The notes below the pieces were generated by a model. The model did not search any database, was not told where the DNA came from, and was given only the letters and a program-made list of their open reading frames with translations. A stretch of DNA of 48,383 nt from an uncultured Gudongella sp. Lineage in GTDB: Bacteria > Bacillota > Clostridia > Tissierellales > Tissierellaceae. Location: contig CAZSLV010000001.1 of assembly GCA_964607545.1 (NCBI GenBank), positions 1 through 48,383 on the forward strand. The letters are read 5' to 3'. Of this stretch, positions 1 to 9,212 are shown piece after piece. Both the position numbers and the translations under genes were made by a program. Each line of letters begins with the position of its first letter. The first letter of the stretch is position 1.

Positions 1-144
1 TACTTCTTGATAGCTTCTTTAGAGGGGGTTAAATAAGAGGGTTGTCTTTTATAAATAGATTAGAAAGAACACATATCTATAAGGTTTTAATTACCACCCT
101 CAAATCACAAATTATCAGAATATTTTGTCTAATTGGGCAAAAAT

Positions 145-173
145 TTGACAAGTAAAGTTTTTTAGTTTAATAT
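145..173 (+). promoter_or_regulatory. sigma-A type promoter for the G5/3D gene
   Basis: TTGACA (145-150), 17-nt spacer, TAATAT (168-173), upstream of RBS AAGGAGG and ATG 238. Confidence 0.7.
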
Positions 174-192
174 ACATAGAGTAAGAAAAATA

Positions 193-209
193 GTTACAAA
201 TTGGTTACA
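193..209 (-). promoter_or_regulatory. WalR (YycF)-type direct-repeat box
   Basis: Minus strand reads TGTAAC-CAATT-TGTAAC, matching the TGTWAH-N5-TGTWAH consensus; lies upstream of a cell-wall hydrolase-type gene. Confidence 0.55.
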
Positions 210-237
210 ATAAGTAACGAAAATAAGGAGGAGAATT

Positions 238-1263
238 ATGGACGCTAACATGGCCGAAGTGGCAAAGAAAGTTAAAGTCCTCATACTTCTAGCTATAGCA
301 ATGGTTTTATCATTAGGAGTAAATTTATTTCAAGGTGCTACAGTGACCTTGGAGGTTGATGGAAACACAATCCAGAAGGTTTCCTATGAATCAACAGTAG
401 AGGATCTCTTAAAAGAAGAAGGCATCAAGTTAACAAAGGACACAAGGGTGGAGCCTTCCTTGGAAGCTCTAATTTTACCAGATATAAAAGTTACAGTCAC
501 AAATCCTAAAAACTATACTATAGTTACCAAGGATGGGGAAGTAAAGGTTACCTCATATAATAAAAGTGTTAAGGATATCTTAAAAGATGCCAAGATAACT
601 TTAGGTTGGAAGGACTTTACAAAACCAGGTTTAGAGGAAACAATAAAACCAAATGGTCGGATTAATGTTTTTTATGTAGAAGAAAAACTTAGGGTAGACC
701 AAGTACCTATTCCATATGAAACAGAAACAATTACTAACATAAGATTAGATGTGGGAATACAAAATATTTTACAAGAAGGTAAAGAAGGCCTTAAGAGGTC
801 TCATATAAAGGATATTTACATTAATGGAGAATTATCCTCTTCTGTAATTGTCTTAGATACAGTTGCATCAGAACCCATGACTAGGGTAATAGAAAAGGGT
901 GCCAACGATGTTGTATCAACTTCTAGGGGGGATACTCGTTTTAGGGAGGCTATGATAATGAGCGCAACAGCTTATGACCTTTCCTATGCCTCAACGGGTA
1001 AAAGACCTGGAGATAGGTACTACGGCATTACAGCTAGTGGTACAACTGCACGACCTGGAACCGTTGCAGTAGACCCTAGGGTTATTCCACTAGGAACTAA
1101 ACTCTATGTAGAATCTCTTGATGGAACAAGTGATTATGGATTTGCTATAGCAGAAGATAAGGGCAGTGCTATAAAGGGTAAAAAAATCGACCTTTTCTTT
1201 AGCTCAAATAAAAGTGCCATGAATTTTGGCAGAAGAAATGTAAAAGTATATATTTTAAAATAA
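238..1263 (+). CDS. YabE-like cell-wall protein (DUF348 repeats, G5 domain, C-terminal 3D domain)
   Basis: N-terminal hydrophobic anchor; G5-like 'QEGKEG...EPMTRVIEKG'; 3D motifs 'MSATAY', 'GITASG', 'VAVDPRVIPLGT', 'AEDKGSAIKGKKIDLF'. Confidence 0.85.
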   Translation: MDANMAEVAKKVKVLILLAIAMVLSLGVNLFQGATVTLEVDGNTIQKVSYESTVEDLLKEEGIKLTKDTRVEPSLEALILPDIKVTVTNPKNYTIVTKDGEVKVTSYNKSVKDILKDAKITLGWKDFTKPGLEETIKPNGRINVFYVEEKLRVDQVPIPYETETITNIRLDVGIQNILQEGKEGLKRSHIKDIYINGELSSSVIVLDTVASEPMTRVIEKGANDVVSTSRGDTRFREAMIMSATAYDLSYASTGKRPGDRYYGITASGTTARPGTVAVDPRVIPLGTKLYVESLDGTSDYGFAIAEDKGSAIKGKKIDLFFSSNKSAMNFGRRNVKVYILK

Positions 1264-1269
1264 GCTAGC

Positions 1270-1303
1270 AAAAAAGGATGTTGATAAATTCAACATCCTT
1301 TTT
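1270..1303. terminator. bidirectional intrinsic terminator
   Basis: AAAAAAGGATGTTGA-TAAAT-TCAACATCCTTTTT between convergent genes. Confidence 0.85.
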
Positions 1304-1304
1304 A

Positions 1305-3224
1305 TTACACTACTTTTAATTCAAATACAGAGGTGTTTATTGGTTTTACTTCTATCCCATGGGGGTGCTTAAATGTTTCATTTGTCCTTACTATTCCATC
1401 TTGATTAAACAAGGTTCTAATTTCTAGCTGGACTAGCTTTCTATTGTCTATGGCTTGTATGTGTTTTTTTATTAAAGAATGGGGCATAATACAAGAAAAT
1501 GAATTAGCATTGTGAATGATTAGTAGGTAGCCACCATTGTTTTTTATAGTGTAAGTTATAGTGTTACAGTGGCTTGTATCTAATACAAATCTTAGTTTTT
1601 CCCTTATTTCATCTCCTGTGTCCATGCGAAATTCCTTGTAGCTTTTTCTAAACTCAATTAAGTCCTTAATGTAATTATATACATCTAGGTTTTTTTCTTT
1701 TAAAGTCCAGTCAATTTTATTTATTGCAATAGGTGAGTTATATGAGTTATGAAAACCTTCCTTGGTCCTTAAGAATTCATTACCTGCATGAATAAAGGGA
1801 ACCCCTTGGGATAAGAATAAAATCGCAAAAATAAACTTATTGTAGGCCTTTAGCTCATCTTCTTTCTTATGGGGGAAGACCTTTAAGAGTTTATCTTGAA
1901 TTATAAGGTTATCATGTGAGTTTACATAGTTAATTGACTCCCTAGCATTATTTGTAAAGCCTATCCTTGATGCATCATAGTATATAGACCCTGCTATACC
2001 TGTTTCTACTGAGGTCTTTTCATCAAGGTTACCCTGGGCAAACCCTAATCTGTATCCATCGTTATCTCCCTTTATTGCATCCCTAAAATTATCGTTAAAT
2101 AGGGCAAAGTCAAGTCTTGACTGGGACCCCTTGGAAGTTGTTTTACTATCTAAAAGAGTAGTAATACCCCCCATCCAGGGCTCACCATATATCAATACAT
2201 CTTTTTTAATCTTCCTAAGTTCCTTCACAGCCTCTTCTATTGTATCAATATCTATAAGGGCCATTAAGTCAAACCTAAATCCATCTACCCTAAATTCATT
2301 CATCCAATACTTTAGGCTGTCTATTATAAATTTTCTTACCATGGGCTTTTGGCTATCAAGCTCATTTCCAACTCCTGACCCATTTGAAAATGTCCCATCA
2401 GGCAGGGTCCTATAGTAGTAGTTAGGGGCAAGGATATTAAAGTTAGAATCTTTTGCCCTAAAGGTATGATTATATACCACATCTAGTATGACCTTAAAAC
2501 CTTTTTCATGGAGCTTCATTACCATTTCCTTAAATTCCCTAATCCTTGTAATGGGGTTTGCAGGGTCTGTAGAAAAAGAACCTTCTACCACATTGTAGTG
2601 TTCAGGGTCATAGCCCCAGTTGTAATTATCTTCATTAAAGGCATATTCAATTTCTTCTCTTGATGATATAAAGTCATTAACTGGCATTAGGTGGATGTGG
2701 GTGACTCCCAGGTCCTTTAAATGGTCAAGACCTGTACTTAATCCATTTATCCTACTACCTTCTTCTATAAAGCCTTTAAAAGTCCCCCTAGATTCAATCC
2801 CAGAAGACCTACATACTGTAAAGTCCTTAATTTGAACTTCATATATAACACTATCTACCCGAGCAAGTTCCTTAGGTTCCTTGTGGTTTAAAAACCCATC
2901 AGGATTAGTATCTTTTAAGTCTATTATGGCTGACCTAATTGAATTTAAGGAAGTTCCTATACTGTAGGGGTCAGATACTTCATATTCATTTTCTACAAGG
3001 TAAGTATAAAAATACCCCTTTAGGTCCCCCTCAACTCTACATTCAAAAGTTTCATCCTCGTTTTTTACCATTTGGTACTCTTGTCTTTTTAAGCTTTGGG
3101 GACCTTGGTAAATTCTTAATTTTATGTTATTTCTACTAGGGGCAAATACCCTAAAGATAGTGTATTCTTTGGAATAGTCAAAGCCTAGTTTCTTATCTGT
3201 ATATATTAAGTCATACCCTTCCAA
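1305..3224 (-). CDS. pulA: type I pullulanase (GH13)
   Basis: YNWGYDP signature; DVVYNH, GFRFDLM, YGEPW and NYVNSHDN catalytic regions. Confidence 0.92.
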   Translation of the reverse strand: MEGYDLIYTDKKLGFDYSKEYTIFRVFAPSRNNIKLRIYQGPQSLKRQEYQMVKNEDETFECRVEGDLKGYFYTYLVENEYEVSDPYSIGTSLNSIRSAIIDLKDTNPDGFLNHKEPKELARVDSVIYEVQIKDFTVCRSSGIESRGTFKGFIEEGSRINGLSTGLDHLKDLGVTHIHLMPVNDFISSREEIEYAFNEDNYNWGYDPEHYNVVEGSFSTDPANPITRIREFKEMVMKLHEKGFKVILDVVYNHTFRAKDSNFNILAPNYYYRTLPDGTFSNGSGVGNELDSQKPMVRKFIIDSLKYWMNEFRVDGFRFDLMALIDIDTIEEAVKELRKIKKDVLIYGEPWMGGITTLLDSKTTSKGSQSRLDFALFNDNFRDAIKGDNDGYRLGFAQGNLDEKTSVETGIAGSIYYDASRIGFTNNARESINYVNSHDNLIIQDKLLKVFPHKKEDELKAYNKFIFAILFLSQGVPFIHAGNEFLRTKEGFHNSYNSPIAINKIDWTLKEKNLDVYNYIKDLIEFRKSYKEFRMDTGDEIREKLRFVLDTSHCNTITYTIKNNGGYLLIIHNANSFSCIMPHSLIKKHIQAIDNRKLVQLEIRTLFNQDGIVRTNETFKHPHGIEVKPINTSVFELKVV

Positions 3225-5476
3225 GTTATCCCCTCCTCTTCTAAGTTTTTTACATAGTTACTTACAACTACATCTGATGAAAAATCTCCAAGCAAACTAA
3301 TATTTACAAGGGATTTTTGTTTCCACTTATTAAAATCAATAAAGTCTTTTTCTATTTCTTCCATGGCTTGGGAGTATCTTTTAAAGTCCCTTAAGACAAA
3401 GTTATGGTCATTGTATTTAATCAACAAGTCAAATAGGGGGCTATAGGTTTGGCCCTCAAATAAGCTTTCCCTTCCTATTAGGGTATCTACCGCCCTTTTT
3501 ATTACCTTGTTCCTATAATAAAGCTCTTGGGAATTATACTCCTTAGTGTCATAGCATTTTTGAACCTCTTCATTTTTTATACCAAATAAGCTTATATTTT
3601 CTTCTCCTAGGTAGTCTCTTAATAAAAGGTTTGTTTCACTAAAAGACCCCATCCCAATGGCCCCATTTACCATGGCAGTAAGACCTGCTAGGTTTATCCC
3701 TTCTTTACTTGGTAGGGTAAATGATTGAATTACATCAAGGCCAGGGTAAATATACTCTGCATTTTTTAAATTTAAATCTTCAATAAAAATAACCTTTAAC
3801 TTATCCTTAATTGTAAAATCAGCATTAATTATATCTTTTAATTCATGGATTAATCTTATTAATAACTTATTTATAAAGTCATAGGGGGATGCCTTGCCCC
3901 CTATGAAGTGGACCCTAGGCAGTCTATCTATATTAGGATTTGACCTTAATTCAAGGTAGAGGTGGATAAGGTATAGGACTTCTAATAATTGCCTATTAAA
4001 ATCTTTTATTTCTGATAGGTGACCCACAAAAAGTGCATGGGGGTTTAATACTATCCTAGTCTTTTCATATATCCTATCTACTAAAATATCCTTATTTTCT
4101 TCTTTTACAGCTCCAAGTTTATTTAAAAAATCAATATCGTCCTTGTAGTTTAAAATAGCCTTTATCTTTTTTGGATATTCAATAAATTCCTTGCCTATTT
4201 TTTCTTTTAGGACCCTGCTTAGGTTGGGGTTGCCAGAAAGTAGCCATCTCCTGTGGGATATAGCCAAGGGGTATACAGGGGATGGTCCTTGGTAGGCCCC
4301 AGCACTTGCAATGTTTTTAAGTCGTAATTCATTCCCCCACAGTATGCCTTCCATTTCTCTAGAAATGGCTTCTATATTATCTTTACTTGATAACTTATCT
4401 AGATACCTGTGGTGGATTTCCTCAATAATTAGCCAAAGTCTAGGTAGCCACTCCTTTATTAAGGAGATTTCAAGGGTTGAGAACCTATCTTCTATGGTTT
4501 TAAGAGAAGCATAGAAAAATGTCTTATTTGTAATCCCCCAAGCTTCATCCCACTCTAGGTTGTATTCATCTACAAGTAACCTCATCAACTCTGGTATTGC
4601 CAATAAAAGGTGGGCATCTAGCATTAAAAATACAAAGTGTTTATTTAAGTCTTTTATTTCCCTATTATGTTCCTTGTGAATTCTTATAACATCTTGGAGG
4701 GTACCTGAAACTAGTAGATACTCTTGCTTTAACTTTTCCTTTAAGATATTTGGGGGGGCATTTGTAGAAATGGCTTGTTTTGTCAATTGGTCATGTTGAA
4801 ATAATCTAAGGTAGTTGGTCTTATTATTGTTATAACCCACATAAGGCAAATCATAGGTCCTAAGGAGTAAGTCCTCAAAGCCTTCCTGCTTAAACTTAAG
4901 GCCCTTGTCTCCTAGGGAGATATTAACAAGTCCCCCTACCCTTACATTGTAATTATCTTCACACTTATAAAGCCAGTTTTTACCCCTATTCCACCAGTCA
5001 TCTGGGACTTCAACTTGGTCTTTATCTTTTATTACTTGCTTAAAATAACCCTCCCTGTATAGGAGTCCATAGCCAATTGCATTGTATGACATAGATGCAA
5101 AGGTATCCAAGAGGCCATTTGCCAAATAGCCTAGGTCACTATAGCCAATGGCTATTTCCTGGTCTATTGCAAAAAGGCTTTCTAGGCTATAATTGTATTC
5201 TTTTAGGGCTTTTTCTAAGTCATCATAAATATTTAAATAATCTATGTTTTTTTGCAAGAGGGCACCTGGCAAATAATCTGTTGATAAATAAACTAAGACT
5301 TGTTCTTCTCTTATTTCCTGCTTGGTCTCATACATTTGCCTGCCTAAGATTTCTCTTACAAAGTAAGACACAGCCCTATATACTTCCCTTGGAGCTGCAT
5401 CTTCTAAAGAAACACCTGCATGCTGGTATAAGATAGCTTGTATTTTTTCACTTATATTGTTTTTATTTAATGACAT
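3206..5476 (-). CDS. glgP: glycogen/starch phosphorylase-family protein with degenerate active site
   Basis: GT35-like layout (YLSTDY, GYGLLYREGYFKQ, RRWLL, GGKASP, KLKVIF, FSSD) and position in the glg operon; PLP-lysine and glycine-loop motifs substituted. Confidence 0.8.
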   Translation of the reverse strand: MSLNKNNISEKIQAILYQHAGVSLEDAAPREVYRAVSYFVREILGRQMYETKQEIREEQVLVYLSTDYLPGALLQKNIDYLNIYDDLEKALKEYNYSLESLFAIDQEIAIGYSDLGYLANGLLDTFASMSYNAIGYGLLYREGYFKQVIKDKDQVEVPDDWWNRGKNWLYKCEDNYNVRVGGLVNISLGDKGLKFKQEGFEDLLLRTYDLPYVGYNNNKTNYLRLFQHDQLTKQAISTNAPPNILKEKLKQEYLLVSGTLQDVIRIHKEHNREIKDLNKHFVFLMLDAHLLLAIPELMRLLVDEYNLEWDEAWGITNKTFFYASLKTIEDRFSTLEISLIKEWLPRLWLIIEEIHHRYLDKLSSKDNIEAISREMEGILWGNELRLKNIASAGAYQGPSPVYPLAISHRRWLLSGNPNLSRVLKEKIGKEFIEYPKKIKAILNYKDDIDFLNKLGAVKEENKDILVDRIYEKTRIVLNPHALFVGHLSEIKDFNRQLLEVLYLIHLYLELRSNPNIDRLPRVHFIGGKASPYDFINKLLIRLIHELKDIINADFTIKDKLKVIFIEDLNLKNAEYIYPGLDVIQSFTLPSKEGINLAGLTAMVNGAIGMGSFSETNLLLRDYLGEENISLFGIKNEEVQKCYDTKEYNSQELYYRNKVIKRAVDTLIGRESLFEGQTYSPLFDLLIKYNDHNFVLRDFKRYSQAMEEIEKDFIDFNKWKQKSLVNISLLGDFSSDVVVSNYVKNLEEEGITWKGMT

Positions 5477-5489
5477 TAAACCGCCTCGC

Positions 5490-6914
5490 TTATTTTAAAG
5501 ACTTATATAATTCTGTATATTTTTTAGATGAACTTTTCCAACTATGGTCCGCCTTCATGGCAGATCTCATTAGCTTTTTAAAACTTGCTTTATCCTTATA
5601 CACTTCTAGGGCATCCTTTATAACAAATAAAAGCTCATGGGCATTGTAATTAGCAAAGCTAAAGCCATTCCCCTCTTTTGTATACTTATTATATGGAATA
5701 ACAGTATCCCTTAGCCCCCCTGCCTCCCTAACTATGGGTATAGTTCCATATCTTAGGGATATAAGCTGGGATATACCACAAGGTTCTGCTAAGGATGGCA
5801 TTAAAAACAAGTCAGACCCTGCATAAACTAGGTGGGATTCATCTTCATTAAAGTATATGTGGGCAGACATCTTTTCTGGGTACTTCCATTGAAAGCCCCT
5901 AAACATATTTTCATATTCATCATCCCCTGTCCCAAGGACCACAAATTGTATGTCTTCTTGGAGCAATTCATCAAGTACATACCTGACAAGGTCAAGCCCC
6001 TTCATGGCAACAAGTCTAGATACCATAGAAATTACAGGGACATCCCCTCTTTGGGGGAGGGAAAACTTCTTTTGTAGTTCCTTTTTGTCCTTTTTCTTAT
6101 TGGCTATAGCCCTAGCATCAAAGTTATAGGGGATTCTCTCATCTGTCTTTGGATTATATACATCATAATCTATCCCATTTACTATGCCCCTTAACTTATA
6201 TTCGTGTTTTCTAATTATACCTTCTAGGCTTTCACCATAAAAAGCATACCTAATCTCCTGGGCATAGGATTCTGAGACAGTTGTTAAGGCATCACAATAA
6301 ACTATACCTGCCTTCATAAAGTTTATAGAGTCATAAAACTTTAAACCCTCCTCATGAAAGTAATCCATTGACAAGCCCGCAAGGTTTAAAAGACTTTTTG
6401 GAAATACCCCCTGGTACTTTAAGTTGTGGATGGTATAAACGCTTTTTATGGGGTTATAAAAGCTATCCCCCTTGGCAAAGTCTTTTATGTACAAGGGTAT
6501 AAGGCCACAATGCCAATCGTTGGCATGGACAATATCTATATCAAGGTCAAGTTCTCTTATCATCCTAACTACTGCCTTGTTAAAAAACACAAATCTTTCA
6601 CCATCATCACCAAGTCCATATAGGCCTTGTCTGTTAAAGTAAAACTCATTGTCTATAAAAAGATACCTATTACCTTCTTCCTTATATTCTAAAACCCCTA
6701 CATACTGGCGTCTCCAATCTAGGTCAATGTAAAACTCTGCAATTTTTACCATCTTATCCTTAAGGTCTTGTGAGATCCTTGAGTAAAAGGGTATTACAAC
6801 ACTTACATTGTGGCCTTCTTCATGGAGGGCATATGGTAAAGAGCCTGCAACATCTGCAAGCCCTCCTGTCTTAATAAAAGGGGTAGCTTCTGAAGCAACA
6901 TATAATATGTTCAT
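5490..6914 (-). CDS. glgA: glycogen synthase
   Basis: KTGGLADV, HANDWH, TIHNLKYQG, EPCGISQ motifs. Confidence 0.95.
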   Translation of the reverse strand: MNILYVASEATPFIKTGGLADVAGSLPYALHEEGHNVSVVIPFYSRISQDLKDKMVKIAEFYIDLDWRRQYVGVLEYKEEGNRYLFIDNEFYFNRQGLYGLGDDGERFVFFNKAVVRMIRELDLDIDIVHANDWHCGLIPLYIKDFAKGDSFYNPIKSVYTIHNLKYQGVFPKSLLNLAGLSMDYFHEEGLKFYDSINFMKAGIVYCDALTTVSESYAQEIRYAFYGESLEGIIRKHEYKLRGIVNGIDYDVYNPKTDERIPYNFDARAIANKKKDKKELQKKFSLPQRGDVPVISMVSRLVAMKGLDLVRYVLDELLQEDIQFVVLGTGDDEYENMFRGFQWKYPEKMSAHIYFNEDESHLVYAGSDLFLMPSLAEPCGISQLISLRYGTIPIVREAGGLRDTVIPYNKYTKEGNGFSFANYNAHELLFVIKDALEVYKDKASFKKLMRSAMKADHSWKSSSKKYTELYKSLK

Positions 6915-6920
6915 CTGCTA

Positions 6921-8045
6921 TCAATCCTTTCTAATTTTTTGTCTCTTTTCAACTACAAATGGAATTAGGGTAGACCCTGCTATCCTAACACCTTCACCTA
7001 TTTGAGTTTCCTTATCTAGGATAGAGTTTATTACAGAGGCATTTTCTCCTATTTCAGATTTTTGCATAACTATGGAGTTTTTAACAATAGCCCCTTTTGC
7101 AATTTTAACCCCCCTAAAGATAATGGAATTTTCTACACTTCCTTCTATTATACACCCATTTGCAACATGGGAATTTTGGACATTAGCTGTTTCTGTATAG
7201 AGGGTAGAAGGCTCATCTTTTGTTTGGGTAAGGATGGTCCCTCTTTCATAAAAGAGCTCATTAGCTATAGGCTTTTTTAAGAGGTTTATATTTGCATCGT
7301 AATAGGACTTTAAGTTTCTAATGTTTTCTGTATGCCCCTTAAACTCATAGGAATTTATTTTAAACTTATCCTTATTGGTCATAATAGCATCTTCAAGGTT
7401 ATATAATTCTCCCTTTTCTACTGCTTCTTTGACTACCTTTATAAAAACTTCCTTTTTCATAAAACCAGTTTTTAAGGACATCATAAAATCTGTTTCTGTT
7501 CCCAGGTTCATTCCTATGTTTAAAACTTCCCCATCCTCATTTATATTCATCTTATCACAGTTTATATACTCACCCCAAGGGTCTTCCTGCTTTTTATAGA
7601 TCATAGTTATATCTGCATCTGTTTCTATAAAGTGTTTAAAGGCCTTATCTAAATCTACTTTTGCAAGTATATTTGGATGGTTTAAAAATATATACTTTTC
7701 CCTAACTTGTTCAAAGAAGTCCATAGCTGTGAAAAACTGTGATATATCGCCTTTTAAGTTGATTGGATACCCTTGAGTAACAGGTGGGAAGAGGACAAGC
7801 CCATTAAACCTCCTGTTTAAGTCCCAGGGCTTACCATCCCCTATATGGTCCATGGTTGACCTTATCTTTTCTCCTGTAAATATGGCTACTGTCTTTATTC
7901 CATAATTCACCATATTAGATACGGAAAAGTCAATTAATCTATACCTTCCACCAAAGGGAAGCATATAAACTGGCCTGTGTATGCACAGGGCACCAAAATT
8001 ATTTTCAATATTTGCTCCACTTATAACTCCAATACATTTGTCCAT
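6921..8045 (-). CDS. glgD: ADP-glucose pyrophosphorylase non-catalytic subunit GlgD
   Basis: PFGGRYRLIDF and KPWDLNR, lacks the GGxGxRL motif; follows glgC. Confidence 0.9.
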   Translation of the reverse strand: MDKCIGVISGANIENNFGALCIHRPVYMLPFGGRYRLIDFSVSNMVNYGIKTVAIFTGEKIRSTMDHIGDGKPWDLNRRFNGLVLFPPVTQGYPINLKGDISQFFTAMDFFEQVREKYIFLNHPNILAKVDLDKAFKHFIETDADITMIYKKQEDPWGEYINCDKMNINEDGEVLNIGMNLGTETDFMMSLKTGFMKKEVFIKVVKEAVEKGELYNLEDAIMTNKDKFKINSYEFKGHTENIRNLKSYYDANINLLKKPIANELFYERGTILTQTKDEPSTLYTETANVQNSHVANGCIIEGSVENSIIFRGVKIAKGAIVKNSIVMQKSEIGENASVINSILDKETQIGEGVRIAGSTLIPFVVEKRQKIRKD

Positions 8046-8057
8046 AACCTTCCCCCC

Positions 8058-9191
8058 TTATTCTTTAGTTACTTGGCCTTCTGCAAGCATAAAGACCCCA
8101 TCAGAATTTTCTTCACCTATAACTTGATTTTCTTCTACTACTGACCCTTCAAGGATAACTGCCCTATTAATCTTAGCACCTTTTTTAATCCTGCAGTCAG
8201 AAAGTATTACAGAGTCTTTGACACTGGCCCCTTCTTCTATTACTACATCACTAAAGATTACACTTCTTTCAACATCTCCCACAATGTAACATCCTTCATT
8301 TACAAGGGAATTTTTAACTCGAGATCCCCTAGCTAAGTATTGAGGAGGCAGGTTTCTTGATTTTGTATATATTCTCCAATTCTTGTCATATAGGTTAAGG
8401 GTATTATTAGGGTCTAATAAGTCCATATTAGCTTCCCAATAAGACCTTACCGTTCCAACATCCTTCCAATAACCATCAAATATCCAAGCATACATCTTGT
8501 TTCCTTCTTCTAGCATCCTTGGTAGGATATTTTTCCCAAAGTCATGGTCTGAATTTTTATCTTCCCCATCTTTTAAGAGGTATTCTCTTAAGATAGACCA
8601 AGTAAAAACATAAATTCCCATGGATGCCATATTGTTTTTAGGGTTTTCTGGCTTTTCATCAAATTCTACTACAAAGTTGTCCTTATCTACATTTATAATT
8701 CCAAACCTTGAACAATCTTCCCATGGAACTTCCATAACTGCCAGGGTTACTGCTGCTTCCTTTTTTTTATGGGCATCCACCAAGATTTCATAATCCATCT
8801 TGTATATGTGGTCTCCTGAAAGGATAAGAACATAGTCTGGGTTTAAGCCATCTAAATAATCTATATTTTCATAAATAGCATTTGCAGTCCCTGTATACCA
8901 CCTGCCCCCATCTTCAGACATAAAAGGAGATAAAATTCTCAAACCCCCAACATTCCTGTCATAATCCCATGCAGATCCAATACCTATGTGGGTGTTTAAG
9001 AGAAAGGGCTTGTATTGTGTTAGGATTGCAATATTGTTAATTCCTGAATTTGCTGCATTGCTTAAGGGAAAGTCTATGATCCTGTATTTGCCACCAAAAG
9101 CTACTGCTGGTTTTGCCACCATCTTAGTTAGGGCCTTAAGCCTTGAGCCTTGGCCTCCTGCAAGTAACATTGCTACAACCTTACTATCCAT
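8058..9191 (-). CDS. glgC: glucose-1-phosphate adenylyltransferase
   Basis: [40 protein letters not shown]. Confidence 0.95.
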   Translation of the reverse strand: MDSKVVAMLLAGGQGSRLKALTKMVAKPAVAFGGKYRIIDFPLSNAANSGINNIAILTQYKPFLLNTHIGIGSAWDYDRNVGGLRILSPFMSEDGGRWYTGTANAIYENIDYLDGLNPDYVLILSGDHIYKMDYEILVDAHKKKEAAVTLAVMEVPWEDCSRFGIINVDKDNFVVEFDEKPENPKNNMASMGIYVFTWSILREYLLKDGEDKNSDHDFGKNILPRMLEEGNKMYAWIFDGYWKDVGTVRSYWEANMDLLDPNNTLNLYDKNWRIYTKSRNLPPQYLARGSRVKNSLVNEGCYIVGDVERSVIFSDVVIEEGASVKDSVILSDCRIKKGAKINRAVILEGSVVEENQVIGEENSDGVFMLAEGQVTKE

Positions 9192-9212
9192 AATATCCTC
9201 TCCTTTTATCTT

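Noticed and set aside
1-237. Possible c-di-AMP (ydaO) riboswitch ahead of the G5/3D gene
   Set aside because: The predicted leader is only about 60 nt and AT-rich, and I see none of the conserved ydaO sequence elements.
3206-6923. Other TGA stops (glgP at 3206-3208, glgD at 6921-6923; also ccsB at 42806-42808) as possible Sec codons
   Set aside because: The proteins are full length at these stops, the next gene starts at or overlaps them, and no Cys-type motif context is present.
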